Below are positions 27,473 through 37,039 of a stretch of 64,000 nt of DNA, in pieces. Position numbers and translations under genes: made by a program. The notes below the pieces were generated by a model that did no database searches, had not been told where the DNA came from, and worked only from the letters and a program-made list of their open reading frames with translations. Numbering within the stretch: position 1 is the first letter of the stretch; every line of letters starts with the position of its first letter. Where the stretch lies: contig DATNIW010000025.1 in NCBI GenBank assembly GCA_035604215.1, forward strand, positions 14,824-78,823, given 5' to 3'. Origin of the DNA: Fibrobacteria bacterium. Lineage in GTDB: Bacteria > Fibrobacterota > Fibrobacteria > UBA5070.

Positions 27473-29194
27473 ATGCAATTGGTCTCCAAGCTCTTCGGTC
27501 GCACCCTCCGCGAAGCACCTTCCGACGCCGAGATGGCCTGCCACGTCTGGCTGGCCCGCGCGGGCCTGATCCGCCGGATCGCGGCGGGTCTCTACGCCGT
27601 TCAGCCCATGGGGCAGCGCGCCATCCGCCGGATCGAATCCGTCATCCGGTCGGAGATGGAAGCCATTGGCGGCCAGGAATTGTCCCTCCCTCTGGTGCAG
27701 CCCGCGGAATTGTGGGAGAGATCGGGACGATACGACCTGATCGGATCCGAGCTGGTCCGCTTCAAGGACCGGGGTCAGCACGCGATGGTGCTGGCCATGA
27801 CCCACGAGGAAGCCGTCACCCAGGTCGCCTCCGAGGAGCTGTCCAGCCATCGGCAGCTCCCCTTCATGCTCTGGCAGTTCCAATTGAAGTTCCGCGACGA
27901 GCCCCGTGCCCGCGGCGGCCTGATCCGCGTGCGCGAATTCACCATGAAGGACGCCTATTCGTTCCACAAGGACCAGGAGTGCCTGGACGGGTACTACGGG
28001 AAAGCCTACGACGCCTACGTCAGGATCTTCCGACGCTGCGGGATCGAACCCGTGATCGTGCAATCCGACACCGGCATCATGGGCGGCAAGGTCGCCCACG
28101 AATTCATGCTGCAGTCCCCCATGGGAGAGGACAGCCTCATCCTCTGTCCCGAAACCGGCTACAGCGCCAACGCCGAGATCGCCGTGTTCGCCCGCGAAGG
28201 GATCCCCGGGGAGGCGCTTTTGGCGGAAAAGGTCGCCACACCCGGCAAATCCTCGATCGAGGACGTCTCCAGGCTTCTGGGGATCCAGGCGAAGAACACC
28301 CTCAAGATGGTGATGTACGGCGCCATCCTGGGCGACCGGACGGAATTCGTGGCCGTGGCCATCCGCGGCGACCTGGACGTCTCGGAGACCAAGGTGCGCA
28401 ACATCCTGAAGGCGCGCGACCTCTTCCCCGCCACCGACGACCAGATCCGCGCCGCAGGACTGGTTCCCGGGTTCGCTTCTCCGGTGGGCATGGGAAGCGG
28501 AATCCTGCTGGTGGACCTGTCCGTGCCGGTGAGCGCCAATCTGGTGGCGGGAGCCAACGAGGCGGGTTTCCATGTGAAGAACGTGAACCACGGGCGCGAC
28601 TTCGAATCGCGAGCGCCGTTCACGGATCCCGTGGACGTCGCCCAGGCCGCGGAAGGCCATCTGGAGATCGGGGGCACTCACCGTCTCCAGGCGGTGCGCG
28701 GCATCGAAATCGGGAACATCTTCAAGCTCGGGACAAAATTCAGCGAGGCGTTGGGCTGCACCTTCCAGGCGGAAGACAAGACCACCCAACCCGCCATCAT
28801 GGGCTGCTACGGGATCGGGGTGGGCCGACTGCTGGCCTCGATCGTCGAAAACTCCCACGACGAAAACGGGATCGTCTGGCCCCGCGAGGTGACGCCGTAC
28901 CATGTTCACATCGTCCCTCTGGGCAAGGAGCCGGAGATCCTGGCCGACTGCATCTCCCTGGGCGCGGAACTGGAAAAGGCCGGCTTCGACGTGCTCCTGG
29001 ACGACCGCGACGAGAGGCCGGGGGTGAAGTTCAAGGATGCCGACATCTGGGGCATTCCCGTGAGGTTGGCGCTCGGGGGCAAGTCCAGGGAACAAGGCGC
29101 CTTCGAATGGAAACCGCGCAGCGGCGGCGAAATGCGGCTGGTTCCCGCGAACGGAATCCTCTCCGAGGTCCGCGCCTTCTACGCCGCGGCCTGA
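27473..29194 (+). CDS. proS: Proline-tRNA ligase (bacterial type with INS editing domain)
   Basis: 573 aa. Class II motifs ('FRDEPRARGGLIRVREFTMKDAYSF', 'GCYGIGVGRLLASIVE'), an editing domain insertion, and a C-terminal anticodon-binding domain. Confidence 0.93.
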   Translation: MQLVSKLFGRTLREAPSDAEMACHVWLARAGLIRRIAAGLYAVQPMGQRAIRRIESVIRSEMEAIGGQELSLPLVQPAELWERSGRYDLIGSELVRFKDRGQHAMVLAMTHEEAVTQVASEELSSHRQLPFMLWQFQLKFRDEPRARGGLIRVREFTMKDAYSFHKDQECLDGYYGKAYDAYVRIFRRCGIEPVIVQSDTGIMGGKVAHEFMLQSPMGEDSLILCPETGYSANAEIAVFAREGIPGEALLAEKVATPGKSSIEDVSRLLGIQAKNTLKMVMYGAILGDRTEFVAVAIRGDLDVSETKVRNILKARDLFPATDDQIRAAGLVPGFASPVGMGSGILLVDLSVPVSANLVAGANEAGFHVKNVNHGRDFESRAPFTDPVDVAQAAEGHLEIGGTHRLQAVRGIEIGNIFKLGTKFSEALGCTFQAEDKTTQPAIMGCYGIGVGRLLASIVENSHDENGIVWPREVTPYHVHIVPLGKEPEILADCISLGAELEKAGFDVLLDDRDERPGVKFKDADIWGIPVRLALGGKSREQGAFEWKPRSGGEMRLVPANGILSEVRAFYAAA

Positions 29195-29532
29195 ACCGCC
29201 GTCAGGAGCTTCTGCTCCGCCTGTGCCAGCCACGAAGTCTTGATGGAGTAGTGGCTGGCGTGGGCGATGCATCTGCCATCCAACAGGGCCAGGACCTGCG
29301 GGGACTGGTGCGCGACATGGATGAGCTCGGAGATGCCCCGGGCCGCAGGCTTGGCTTCCAGGACATCGCACTGGGCCAAAAGGACGGTCCTCGGTCCGTC
29401 TTGGAACGCCTCCCAGGCTTCCTGGGCGACTTGACTGATCCCGCACGTGGGGGAATACTTGAACAACAGCACGGGGTCCGGCCCCGCCAGCAAGGCATCC
29501 ATCTCCTCCAGAGTCCGGATCTCCTGAACCAT
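29179..29532 (-). CDS. ytxJ: YtxJ-like monothiol thioredoxin-fold protein (bacillithiol-system associated family)
   Basis: 117 aa from the second Met (the alternative start at 29565 gives 128 aa). 'LLFKYSPTCGISQ' carries the TC(P/G)IS single-cysteine motif typical of YtxJ. It overlaps the proS 3' end convergently. Confidence 0.55.
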   Translation of the reverse strand: MVQEIRTLEEMDALLAGPDPVLLFKYSPTCGISQVAQEAWEAFQDGPRTVLLAQCDVLEAKPAARGISELIHVAHQSPQVLALLDGRCIAHASHYSIKTSWLAQAEQKLLTAVQAAA

Positions 29533-29563
29533 GCCACCTCCGATTGTTAGGTTCCAAACTACC

Positions 29564-31132
29564 ATGCCACGGCTTCCTGGACTCCCCAGCCTCCTTCTGG
29601 TCTCGCTTCTAGCCGGGTGCCAATTCGACTCCGTCGGCGAAGACTACGCGCAAAGCGACAACCTCGCCTACAGGGTTTTGCAACGCTCGGACGGCAGCCG
29701 GCAGTTGGAAACGCGCATCCCCATCTACCCGAACTTCTTCACCGGTTTCACTTCAGGCTCCTCTTCCGACCCGGTCCACATCGACTCCACTCCTCCAGGC
29801 CAGAGCAAGGGAATCTGGTGGCGGCAGAACGACGTCTACATCGCCCAGCAGTGGGGGGACCTCGAGGAGTTCTGGTTCGGTTGGTGGATTCTGGACCTGC
29901 TGCAGATCGACCGCCAGAACCAGACCATCCCGACACCCTTCGCCTCCCAAGGCGTGGCGGCACTGTATTCCGCATTCGAGACCGACGCTTACAGAGGCCA
30001 TGTTTTCACCAGGTATTGGCCTCCAGAAGCGAACTCGTACCTGAACACAGCATTCACTGGATCCGGTCAAGTCCTGTTGTTTGGAATCTTCCCGCGCCCC
30101 TGGACCCCTCCAAGTTCAGGCGGTCTGGACACGCTGATCGTCGCCCAAGCCGCCCCCGGCTCTCCAGCGGCCGAAGCGGGGCTACGCAACGGAGATCGGA
30201 TCCTCACCGTGAATCGACACTGGGCCAGCCTGGAATACCTGAACGACTCGGTGGGGACCGGGAACACGATCTTCGCCTACCTGCGACCCGGCGTTGGTCT
30301 CGATACCGTGCAGATGACTCGTGCTCCTGTCGCCATGCCCTCGGTCTGGGCGGACACCCTGCCCGGCGGCATCGGGTACCTCACCATCGTCGGGTTCGAC
30401 GACGCGGATTCCTCGGGCACACCCATCCTTCCTTCCTCCGATCTGCAATTCCAGGCTTCGGCCGCTTGGCTGGATTCCGTCACAAGGCCCGGCAGACCCT
30501 GGATCTTGGACCTGATCGAGGACGGTGGCGGCGACATCGGTGTGTCGCGGAACATCGCCTCCTCCATCCTCCCCGCCGGGGATTCCCTCGTGATGCTCAC
30601 CGAGCGGGTCCTGCCCGACAATTCCCCCTACCTGGAAGGTCAGGACACGACCTACCCGATGACCGATACCACGGTTCCACCTCACCTGCATGGACGCCAA
30701 GTCCTCATCCTCCAGGACAGCGGGACCGCCAGCGCCTCGGAACTTGTGATCTCCGCCTTGCGCGAAAACCTTGGCTCCATGGTCCGGGAATTCGGCGAAA
30801 CAACCTTCGGCAAGGGCATCGGCCAGCACTACATCCCAACTCCGCTCGGCGGGTACGTGGCGGTCACCAGTATCCACATCGACCCCGTCCACGGCAAGCC
30901 GTCCTATCACCACATCGGGATTCCCGCGGACGTCGCCGCTTCCACGGATTCGGCCGCCGTGGTCCTGGCCTGGCAGTACGCCACCTCGGGGTCGGTTTCG
31001 GCCCGAGCGCTGTCTCCGGCCTCTCTGCGGCCCAGCTCAAAGGTCCTGGCATGGAACCGCCTCCAGGCGAAGCGTCCGACTCCGCCGGAACTTCGCAAAC
31101 GCGACCCGTTCAGCCACGGCCCCTCGTTCTGA
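29564..31132 (+). CDS. S41-family peptidase (C-terminal processing / tail-specific protease-like) lipoprotein with PDZ domain
   Basis: 522 aa. Signal peptide plus lipobox 'LLAGCQ'. PDZ 'GLRNGDRILTVN'. S41 catalytic region 'VLILQDSGTASASELVISAL...FGETTFGKG' (Ser-Lys dyad context). Confidence 0.7.
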   Translation: MPRLPGLPSLLLVSLLAGCQFDSVGEDYAQSDNLAYRVLQRSDGSRQLETRIPIYPNFFTGFTSGSSSDPVHIDSTPPGQSKGIWWRQNDVYIAQQWGDLEEFWFGWWILDLLQIDRQNQTIPTPFASQGVAALYSAFETDAYRGHVFTRYWPPEANSYLNTAFTGSGQVLLFGIFPRPWTPPSSGGLDTLIVAQAAPGSPAAEAGLRNGDRILTVNRHWASLEYLNDSVGTGNTIFAYLRPGVGLDTVQMTRAPVAMPSVWADTLPGGIGYLTIVGFDDADSSGTPILPSSDLQFQASAAWLDSVTRPGRPWILDLIEDGGGDIGVSRNIASSILPAGDSLVMLTERVLPDNSPYLEGQDTTYPMTDTTVPPHLHGRQVLILQDSGTASASELVISALRENLGSMVREFGETTFGKGIGQHYIPTPLGGYVAVTSIHIDPVHGKPSYHHIGIPADVAASTDSAAVVLAWQYATSGSVSARALSPASLRPSSKVLAWNRLQAKRPTPPELRKRDPFSHGPSF

Positions 31133-31148
31133 CGGAATCCGTCTCTTC

Positions 31149-34100
31149 TCAGATCCAGCGCAGGTCCAGGGTGAGAGGCGCCTCCGGACGCGGGGGACAT
31201 TCCATCGGTACCGTGGTGCCCTGCGTGTAGCCGAAGGGCTGGAACCGCTCGAAGCGGCGGGATTCCGCCTCGTTGGCGTTCACCGGATGGGTCTCGTAGG
31301 CCTTCCCTCCCGGATGCTTGACATGGTAGGTCACACCGGTGACGCTGCGACGCGCCCATTCGTCGTACAGCTCGATGGTCAGCGGCGAATGCACCCCGAT
31401 GGTCGGGTGCAGGCACGAGGGCGGTTGCCAGGCGCGGTAGCGAACGCCGGCGACGAATTCGCCTTCGGTTCCCGTGGGGTGCAGGGGAATGCGCGCTCCG
31501 TTGCACAGCACGCTGTGCCGTCCGGGGGTGCCCACCTGGACCTTGACCTGGATCCTCTCCACGGAGCTGTCCACGAAGCGGACCGCTCCTCCCCCGCCCT
31601 GTTCCTCCCCGAGCACATGCCAGGGCTCCAAGGCGTGCCGGATCTCCACCGAGGTGTTCTCGTGGACGAAACCGCCCAGCTTGGGGAATCGGAATTCCAG
31701 GTGCGGATGGTACCAGGAGCTCTCGAAGGGCAATCCCGACCCGCGGAGATCGGACAGCACCTCGGCGAGGTCGCCGAAGAGGAAATGCGGAAGGAGCCAT
31801 CGGTCGTGGAGGATGTTGTTCCAGCGCGCCACGGGCCGATCCCAGGGCGTCTCCCAGAATTTGGCGACCAGTCCGCGCACGAGGAGCTGCTGGGCCAGGC
31901 TCATGCGCTCGTGCGGGGGCATCTCGAAGGAACGGAGCTCCAGCAATCCAAGCCTGCCGGTCGAGGAATCGGGCGAATAGAGCTTGTCGATGCAGAACTC
32001 GGTGCGGTGGGTGTTCCCGGTCGCGTCCACCAGCAGGTTCCGCAGCACGCGGTCCACGAGCCACGGAGGAGTCCTCCCCTCGGACGGAATCTGCCGGAAG
32101 GCCAGGTCCAACTCGTGGATGGAGTCGTTGCGGGCCTCGTCCACCCGGGGGGACTGGCTCGTCGGGCCCACGAACAGACCGGAAAACGCGTACGACAGGG
32201 ATGGATGCGCCAGCCAGTACCCCAGCATGGACTTGAGCAGGTCCGGTCTGCGAAGGAAGGGGCTGTCCTCGGGAGTGGACCCGCCCACCACCACGTGGTT
32301 GCCGCCGCCGGTCCCCGCGATCCGACCGTCCACGAGGAACTTCTCCGTTCCCAGCCGGCAGGCGCGCGCCTCCTCGTAGAGGACGGTGGTGTTGTGGACG
32401 GTTTCCGACCAGGATGCCGCGGGCTGGATGTTGACCTCGATCACGCCGGGATCGGGAGTCACGGCGAAGCTGTGGAGCCTGGGGTCCCTGGGAGCCGCGT
32501 AGCCTTCGGTGAGGACGCGCAACCCGGTGGCCCGAGCGGTGTCTTCCAGGGCGGTCATCAGCTCCAGCCAGTGCTCGACATGCTCGAAAGGCGGCAGGAA
32601 GAGACGCAGGATTCCGTCGCGGACTTCGGCGCAAAGGGCGGTGCGGACCAATTCCGAAGGGATCATGCTGTCGCGGACGCGGTCTTCCTGGGCGGCGTCC
32701 AGCCCCGGACGCCCCCGGCGCTGCACACGGGGCGGGAGAGCTCCGCGGGGGGCCAGCGGATCGGGAGCGGTGTCCTGCCAGCGTTCACCGGGAACCACCC
32801 ACGGCAACGAGTCCAGAGGGAGCCGGTAGCCCATGGGAGAATCGCCGGGGATCAGGTACAGGCGATCGCGCCGCAGGAACCAGTTGCCGGTTTCCCAGCC
32901 CGAATCGCCGCGCCGGAGAGGAAGAGCGTAACCGATCACCTCCTGGAGTCCCCTGTCGAAGACGCGGGCGAGCCTCGCGCGTTCCTCGGCGTTCTCCAGG
33001 TCCGACTTGTGCGGATCGACATTGATGGGAAGGTTCCTCTCGCGCCACAGCCAGTACCAGGCGTCTTCGTATCCGGGCATGGAGAAAGCCGGATCCACGT
33101 CCAAGCGCGCCGCGAGATGGGAGAGGAATCGCGCCGCGTCGGCCGTCGTGGAGCCATCCGGCTTCTCTTCGTCGGCCCAGAGGCCGGGATCCGTCCAGAC
33201 GGCTTCCCCGTCCTTGCGCCAGTGGCAGGAAAGGGCCCACCGGGGCAGGCTTTCGCCGGGGTACTGCTTGCCCTGGCCGAAATGGACCATTCCCCCGGGA
33301 GCGAACCTGTCCTGGAGACGGCGCAGGAGACGACCGGCAAGCAGACGTTTGGCCGGGCCCTGCGCCGCCACGTTCCACTCGTCCCCGCTGTAGTCGTCCA
33401 CGGACACGAACGTGGGTTCGCCCCCCATCGTCAGCCGGACATCGCCTTCGCGCAATTTGTCTTCCACCAACCGCCCCGCCACGTCGATGGCTCGCCACTC
33501 CTCCTCGGAATAGGGTCTGGTCGCCCGCGGCGCCTCGGGGAGCCGGGTGACGGACATGTGGAAATCGAATTCGACTTCCGCCTTTTCCACCCCTCCCGAA
33601 ATGGGCGCCGCGGATCCGGGCTCCGGCGAGCAGGCCAGCGGAATGTGACCCTCCCCCGCCATGAGACCCGAAGTCGGATCGAGCCCGATCCATCCGGCCC
33701 CGGGGACATAGGCTTCGGCCCAGGCGTGGAGATCGGTGAAATCCTTCTCCGGCCCGCTCGGGCCATCCAGGTTCTTCCGGTCCGGGGCCAACTGGATCAG
33801 GTAGCCGCTGGCGAAACGCGCCGCGACGCCCATCCGGCGCAGGACCTGCACCAGAAGCCACGCCGAATCGCGGCAGGAGCCGGCCGCCTTGGAAAGCGTC
33901 TCTTCGGGCGACTGCACGCCGGGCTCCATGCGGATCAGGTAGCGGATTTCCGCGAAGATCCTGCGGTTGACATCCACCAGGAAATCCACCGTGCGGACCT
34001 TCGTCCGTGGGATGCCGGCCACGAACTTCTCGAGAAGAGGCGTGGACGCGGACTGCTTGAGATATGGCGCGAGATCCGACGCCGTGGCCGCATCGTAGGC

Positions 34101-34412
34101 GAAGGGCCACTGTTCGAACGCCTCTTCCATGAAGAAGTCGAATGGGTTGATGACCACGAGATCGGCCACGAGGTCCACGGAAACCCTGAACTCGCGCACG
34201 GGCGACGGAAACACCGCGCGAGCCAGGAAATTCCCATGGGGATCCTGGTGCCAGTTCAGAAAATGTCCCGCAGGTTCGATCTTCAGCGAATACCCCAGGA
34301 TGGGTGTTCGGCAATGGGCGGCCGGCCGGAGTCGGATCACCTGCGGCCCGAGGCTCACGAGGCGGTCGTAGCGGTAATGGGTCGAATGACGTAGGGCGAC
34401 CTGGATGGACAT
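31149..34412 (-). CDS. Large transglutaminase-family protein (Bact_transglu_N + transglutaminase core + DUF2126-like C-terminal region)
   Basis: 1087 aa. N-terminal 'LRHSTHYRYD...VIRLRP' Bact_transglu_N. Cys protease-like core 'GSCRDSAWLLVQVLRRMGVAARFASGY' with 'DLHAWAEAY' and 'GLDPTSG' (C-H-D). The long C-terminal region resembles DUF2126 proteins such as M. tuberculosis Rv2566. Confidence 0.8.
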   Translation of the reverse strand: MSIQVALRHSTHYRYDRLVSLGPQVIRLRPAAHCRTPILGYSLKIEPAGHFLNWHQDPHGNFLARAVFPSPVREFRVSVDLVADLVVINPFDFFMEEAFEQWPFAYDAATASDLAPYLKQSASTPLLEKFVAGIPRTKVRTVDFLVDVNRRIFAEIRYLIRMEPGVQSPEETLSKAAGSCRDSAWLLVQVLRRMGVAARFASGYLIQLAPDRKNLDGPSGPEKDFTDLHAWAEAYVPGAGWIGLDPTSGLMAGEGHIPLACSPEPGSAAPISGGVEKAEVEFDFHMSVTRLPEAPRATRPYSEEEWRAIDVAGRLVEDKLREGDVRLTMGGEPTFVSVDDYSGDEWNVAAQGPAKRLLAGRLLRRLQDRFAPGGMVHFGQGKQYPGESLPRWALSCHWRKDGEAVWTDPGLWADEEKPDGSTTADAARFLSHLAARLDVDPAFSMPGYEDAWYWLWRERNLPINVDPHKSDLENAEERARLARVFDRGLQEVIGYALPLRRGDSGWETGNWFLRRDRLYLIPGDSPMGYRLPLDSLPWVVPGERWQDTAPDPLAPRGALPPRVQRRGRPGLDAAQEDRVRDSMIPSELVRTALCAEVRDGILRLFLPPFEHVEHWLELMTALEDTARATGLRVLTEGYAAPRDPRLHSFAVTPDPGVIEVNIQPAASWSETVHNTTVLYEEARACRLGTEKFLVDGRIAGTGGGNHVVVGGSTPEDSPFLRRPDLLKSMLGYWLAHPSLSYAFSGLFVGPTSQSPRVDEARNDSIHELDLAFRQIPSEGRTPPWLVDRVLRNLLVDATGNTHRTEFCIDKLYSPDSSTGRLGLLELRSFEMPPHERMSLAQQLLVRGLVAKFWETPWDRPVARWNNILHDRWLLPHFLFGDLAEVLSDLRGSGLPFESSWYHPHLEFRFPKLGGFVHENTSVEIRHALEPWHVLGEEQGGGGAVRFVDSSVERIQVKVQVGTPGRHSVLCNGARIPLHPTGTEGEFVAGVRYRAWQPPSCLHPTIGVHSPLTIELYDEWARRSVTGVTYHVKHPGGKAYETHPVNANEAESRRFERFQPFGYTQGTTVPMECPPRPEAPLTLDLRWI

Positions 34413-34578
34413 GGCGACAATGATATGCGAATCTCCGGCCAGCCGGGATCGTTAGCAATTCAGACGAATTCGCAATGACAAAAGGCGGGAGTGTCGTTTT
34501 GTGCGTGACAACGGACTTGCCATGGCGGCCCCTGTCGATTGGCAGCTAAATTGCGCAGAGATTCCGCCGGAGGCGCAA

Positions 34579-36024
34579 ATGAAGCCGATTCCTGAAATCT
34601 TCAGCAAATACAGGCTGGGACAAGCCTACGACGAGCTGTTCCAGCCCGACATGACGCCGCGCCCCCAGTACCAGCAGATCTTCCACCGCATCGCCGACAT
34701 GCCCAGGGACGTCTGGCACCAGCGCCAGGAGCAAGCCGATCTGATGTTCCTGAACCAGGGCATCACCTTCACCGTCTACTCCTCGAACGAGGGGACGGAG
34801 AAGATATTCCCCTACGATCTCCTGCCCCGGATCATCACCGCGGGGGAATGGGCCGGGATCGAGAAGGGGCTGGAGCAGAGGATCGTCGCCCTCAACCTGT
34901 TCCTCAAGGACATCTACCACGAGGGGAAGATCTTCAAGGACGGCATCGTGCCGCGCGACATGGTCGAATCCTGTCCGCACTTCCGGCCCGAGATGAAAGG
35001 GGTCCGGGTTCCGAGGGACGTGTACGTCTCCATCACCGGGTCCGACCTCATCCGCCTGCCCGACGGACAATTCGCCGTCCTGGAAGACAATTTGCGCGTG
35101 CCCTCCGGCGTGAGCTACATGCTCACCAACCGGCAGGTCATGAAGCACGTCTTCCCCGTCCTGTTCGGATCCTACGACGTCCGCCCGATCGACCACTACC
35201 CGCAGGAGCTGCTCGTGGCGCTGAAGTCGCTCGGCCAAGGCGGCATCGAGGATCCTTCGGTGGCACTGCTCACTCCGGGCGTGTACAACTCGGCCTACTT
35301 CGAGCACACGTTCCTGGCCCGCCAGATGGGAATTTCCCTGGTGGAGGGACGGGACCTGGTGGTGTACAACAAGAAGGTCTACAAGCGGACCACGGCGGGG
35401 TTGGCGCGCGTCGACGTCATCTACCGGAGGATCGACGACGATTTCCTGGACCCGCAGATCTTCCGTCCCGATTCCATCCTTGGCGTGCCCGGAATCTTCG
35501 AAGCCTTCACCGCCGGGAACGTGGCGCTGGCCAACGCCCCCGGAACCGGGGTCGCGGACGACAAGGCGATCTACGCCTACGTCCCTCGGATCATCAAGTA
35601 CTACCTGGGCGAGGACCCCATCCTCCCCAATGTGGAGACGCACATCCTCGCCGAGGAAAAGGCCCGGGAGATGGTACTGAAAAACCTGGACAAGATGGTG
35701 GTCAAGGCGGTGGGCGAATCCGGCGGATACGGCATGCTGATCGGCCCCCACGCCACGCAGGAGCAGCGCGACGCCTTCCGGGTGAAGATCCTGGAGAACC
35801 CGCGCAACTACATCGGGCAGCCCACCATCCAGCTCTCGCAGGCGCCCGCCTTCGTGGACGGCAGCATCGAAGGCAGGCACGTGGACCTGCGCCCCTACAT
35901 CCTCTTCGGCAAGAAGGTGTCCATCGTGCCGGGCGGGCTCACGCGGGTGGCGTTGCGGAGGGGAAGCCTGGTGGTGAACTCTTCGCAGGGCGGCGGGTCC
36001 AAGGACACCTGGGTGCTTTACTGA
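34579..36024 (+). CDS. Circularly permuted type-2 ATP-grasp protein (DUF404/DUF407; CP_ATPgrasp_2)
   Basis: 481 aa from ATG 34579 (an alternative upstream ATG is at 34501). '[11 protein letters not shown]...', '[11 protein letters not shown]', '[11 protein letters not shown]' and '[20 protein letters not shown]' are characteristic of this family. Confidence 0.8.
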   Translation: MKPIPEIFSKYRLGQAYDELFQPDMTPRPQYQQIFHRIADMPRDVWHQRQEQADLMFLNQGITFTVYSSNEGTEKIFPYDLLPRIITAGEWAGIEKGLEQRIVALNLFLKDIYHEGKIFKDGIVPRDMVESCPHFRPEMKGVRVPRDVYVSITGSDLIRLPDGQFAVLEDNLRVPSGVSYMLTNRQVMKHVFPVLFGSYDVRPIDHYPQELLVALKSLGQGGIEDPSVALLTPGVYNSAYFEHTFLARQMGISLVEGRDLVVYNKKVYKRTTAGLARVDVIYRRIDDDFLDPQIFRPDSILGVPGIFEAFTAGNVALANAPGTGVADDKAIYAYVPRIIKYYLGEDPILPNVETHILAEEKAREMVLKNLDKMVVKAVGESGGYGMLIGPHATQEQRDAFRVKILENPRNYIGQPTIQLSQAPAFVDGSIEGRHVDLRPYILFGKKVSIVPGGLTRVALRRGSLVVNSSQGGGSKDTWVLY

Positions 36025-36040
36025 AGAAGGAGTGCGCGTC

Positions 36041-37030
36041 ATGAACCAGACCAGCAGCCCCATGCTCTCTCGCGTCGCGGACAGCCTCTACTGGATGAGC
36101 CGCTACATCGAGCGGGCGGAGCACACCAGCCGCCTGATCGACGTCAACCTGAAACAGATGCTTGACGAATCTCCGGAAATGTCGGGGGTGCGGTGGAGCC
36201 GCGTCCTGTCCTGCCTCCGCACCGACCCGCCCAAGGAGGACCGGACCACGGCGGCCGTGGTGACATGGATGATGTTCGACCTGACGAATCCGGACTCCAT
36301 CGCCACCTGCGTGGCGGTGGCGCGCGAAAACGCGCGCCAGATCCGGGAAGCGCTGTCCGCCGATTTCTGGGAGAACATCAACCGCCTCCACCTGTATGTC
36401 CGCCAGGTGCTGCAGGATCCGGCGCAGCGCCGCGAGCCGCATGAATTCCTGCGCAGGATCCGGATCGACATCCACGTGCTCCACGGCATCGAGGACAGCA
36501 CGCTGGTCCGCAGCGAGGGCTGGAACTTCATCCAGGCGGGAAAGGCCGTGGAGAGGGCCGCGGCCACGACCGCGCTTCTGGCGGAGCACGCCCAGGAATT
36601 CCTGGACATGGACATGGGCGGGGACGCCGACGGCTTCCTCCACTGGGTCTCCGTGCTCCGTTCCTGCACGGCCTTCGAGGCCTACATCAAGACCTACACC
36701 GCGGAACTGCACCCGGGGAGGGTGCTGGAGTTCCTGCTGCTCAACCCGCAATTCCCCCGCAGCGTCAGTTTCTGCCTGAGCACCCTGCACGACTGCATCC
36801 AAGGCATCGAGGTGGAACACGGGTTCCCCAGGGCGGCCCAGGCGGTCAAGCTGGCGCGACGCCTGGTGAGCCTGCTCGAATTCTGGGACATCGACGAACT
36901 GATGGGCGGGGACCTCAGGACCCATCTCTCCGAGGTGGAGTCCTTCTGCGGTCGGATCCACTCGGCCATCGAAGAGGCCTACATCTTCTACCCCAGCGCC
37001 CCGACGGAGATCCGGGAAGGCCTGCGGTAG
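36041..37030 (+). CDS. Alpha-E domain protein (DUF403)
   Basis: 329 aa. 'MLSRVADSLYWMSRYIERAEHTSRLIDVNL' is the alpha-E N-terminal signature. It follows the ATP-grasp gene with a 16-nt gap. Confidence 0.8.
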   Translation: MNQTSSPMLSRVADSLYWMSRYIERAEHTSRLIDVNLKQMLDESPEMSGVRWSRVLSCLRTDPPKEDRTTAAVVTWMMFDLTNPDSIATCVAVARENARQIREALSADFWENINRLHLYVRQVLQDPAQRREPHEFLRRIRIDIHVLHGIEDSTLVRSEGWNFIQAGKAVERAAATTALLAEHAQEFLDMDMGGDADGFLHWVSVLRSCTAFEAYIKTYTAELHPGRVLEFLLLNPQFPRSVSFCLSTLHDCIQGIEVEHGFPRAAQAVKLARRLVSLLEFWDIDELMGGDLRTHLSEVESFCGRIHSAIEEAYIFYPSAPTEIREGLR

Positions 37031-37039
37031 GCGAGGACG

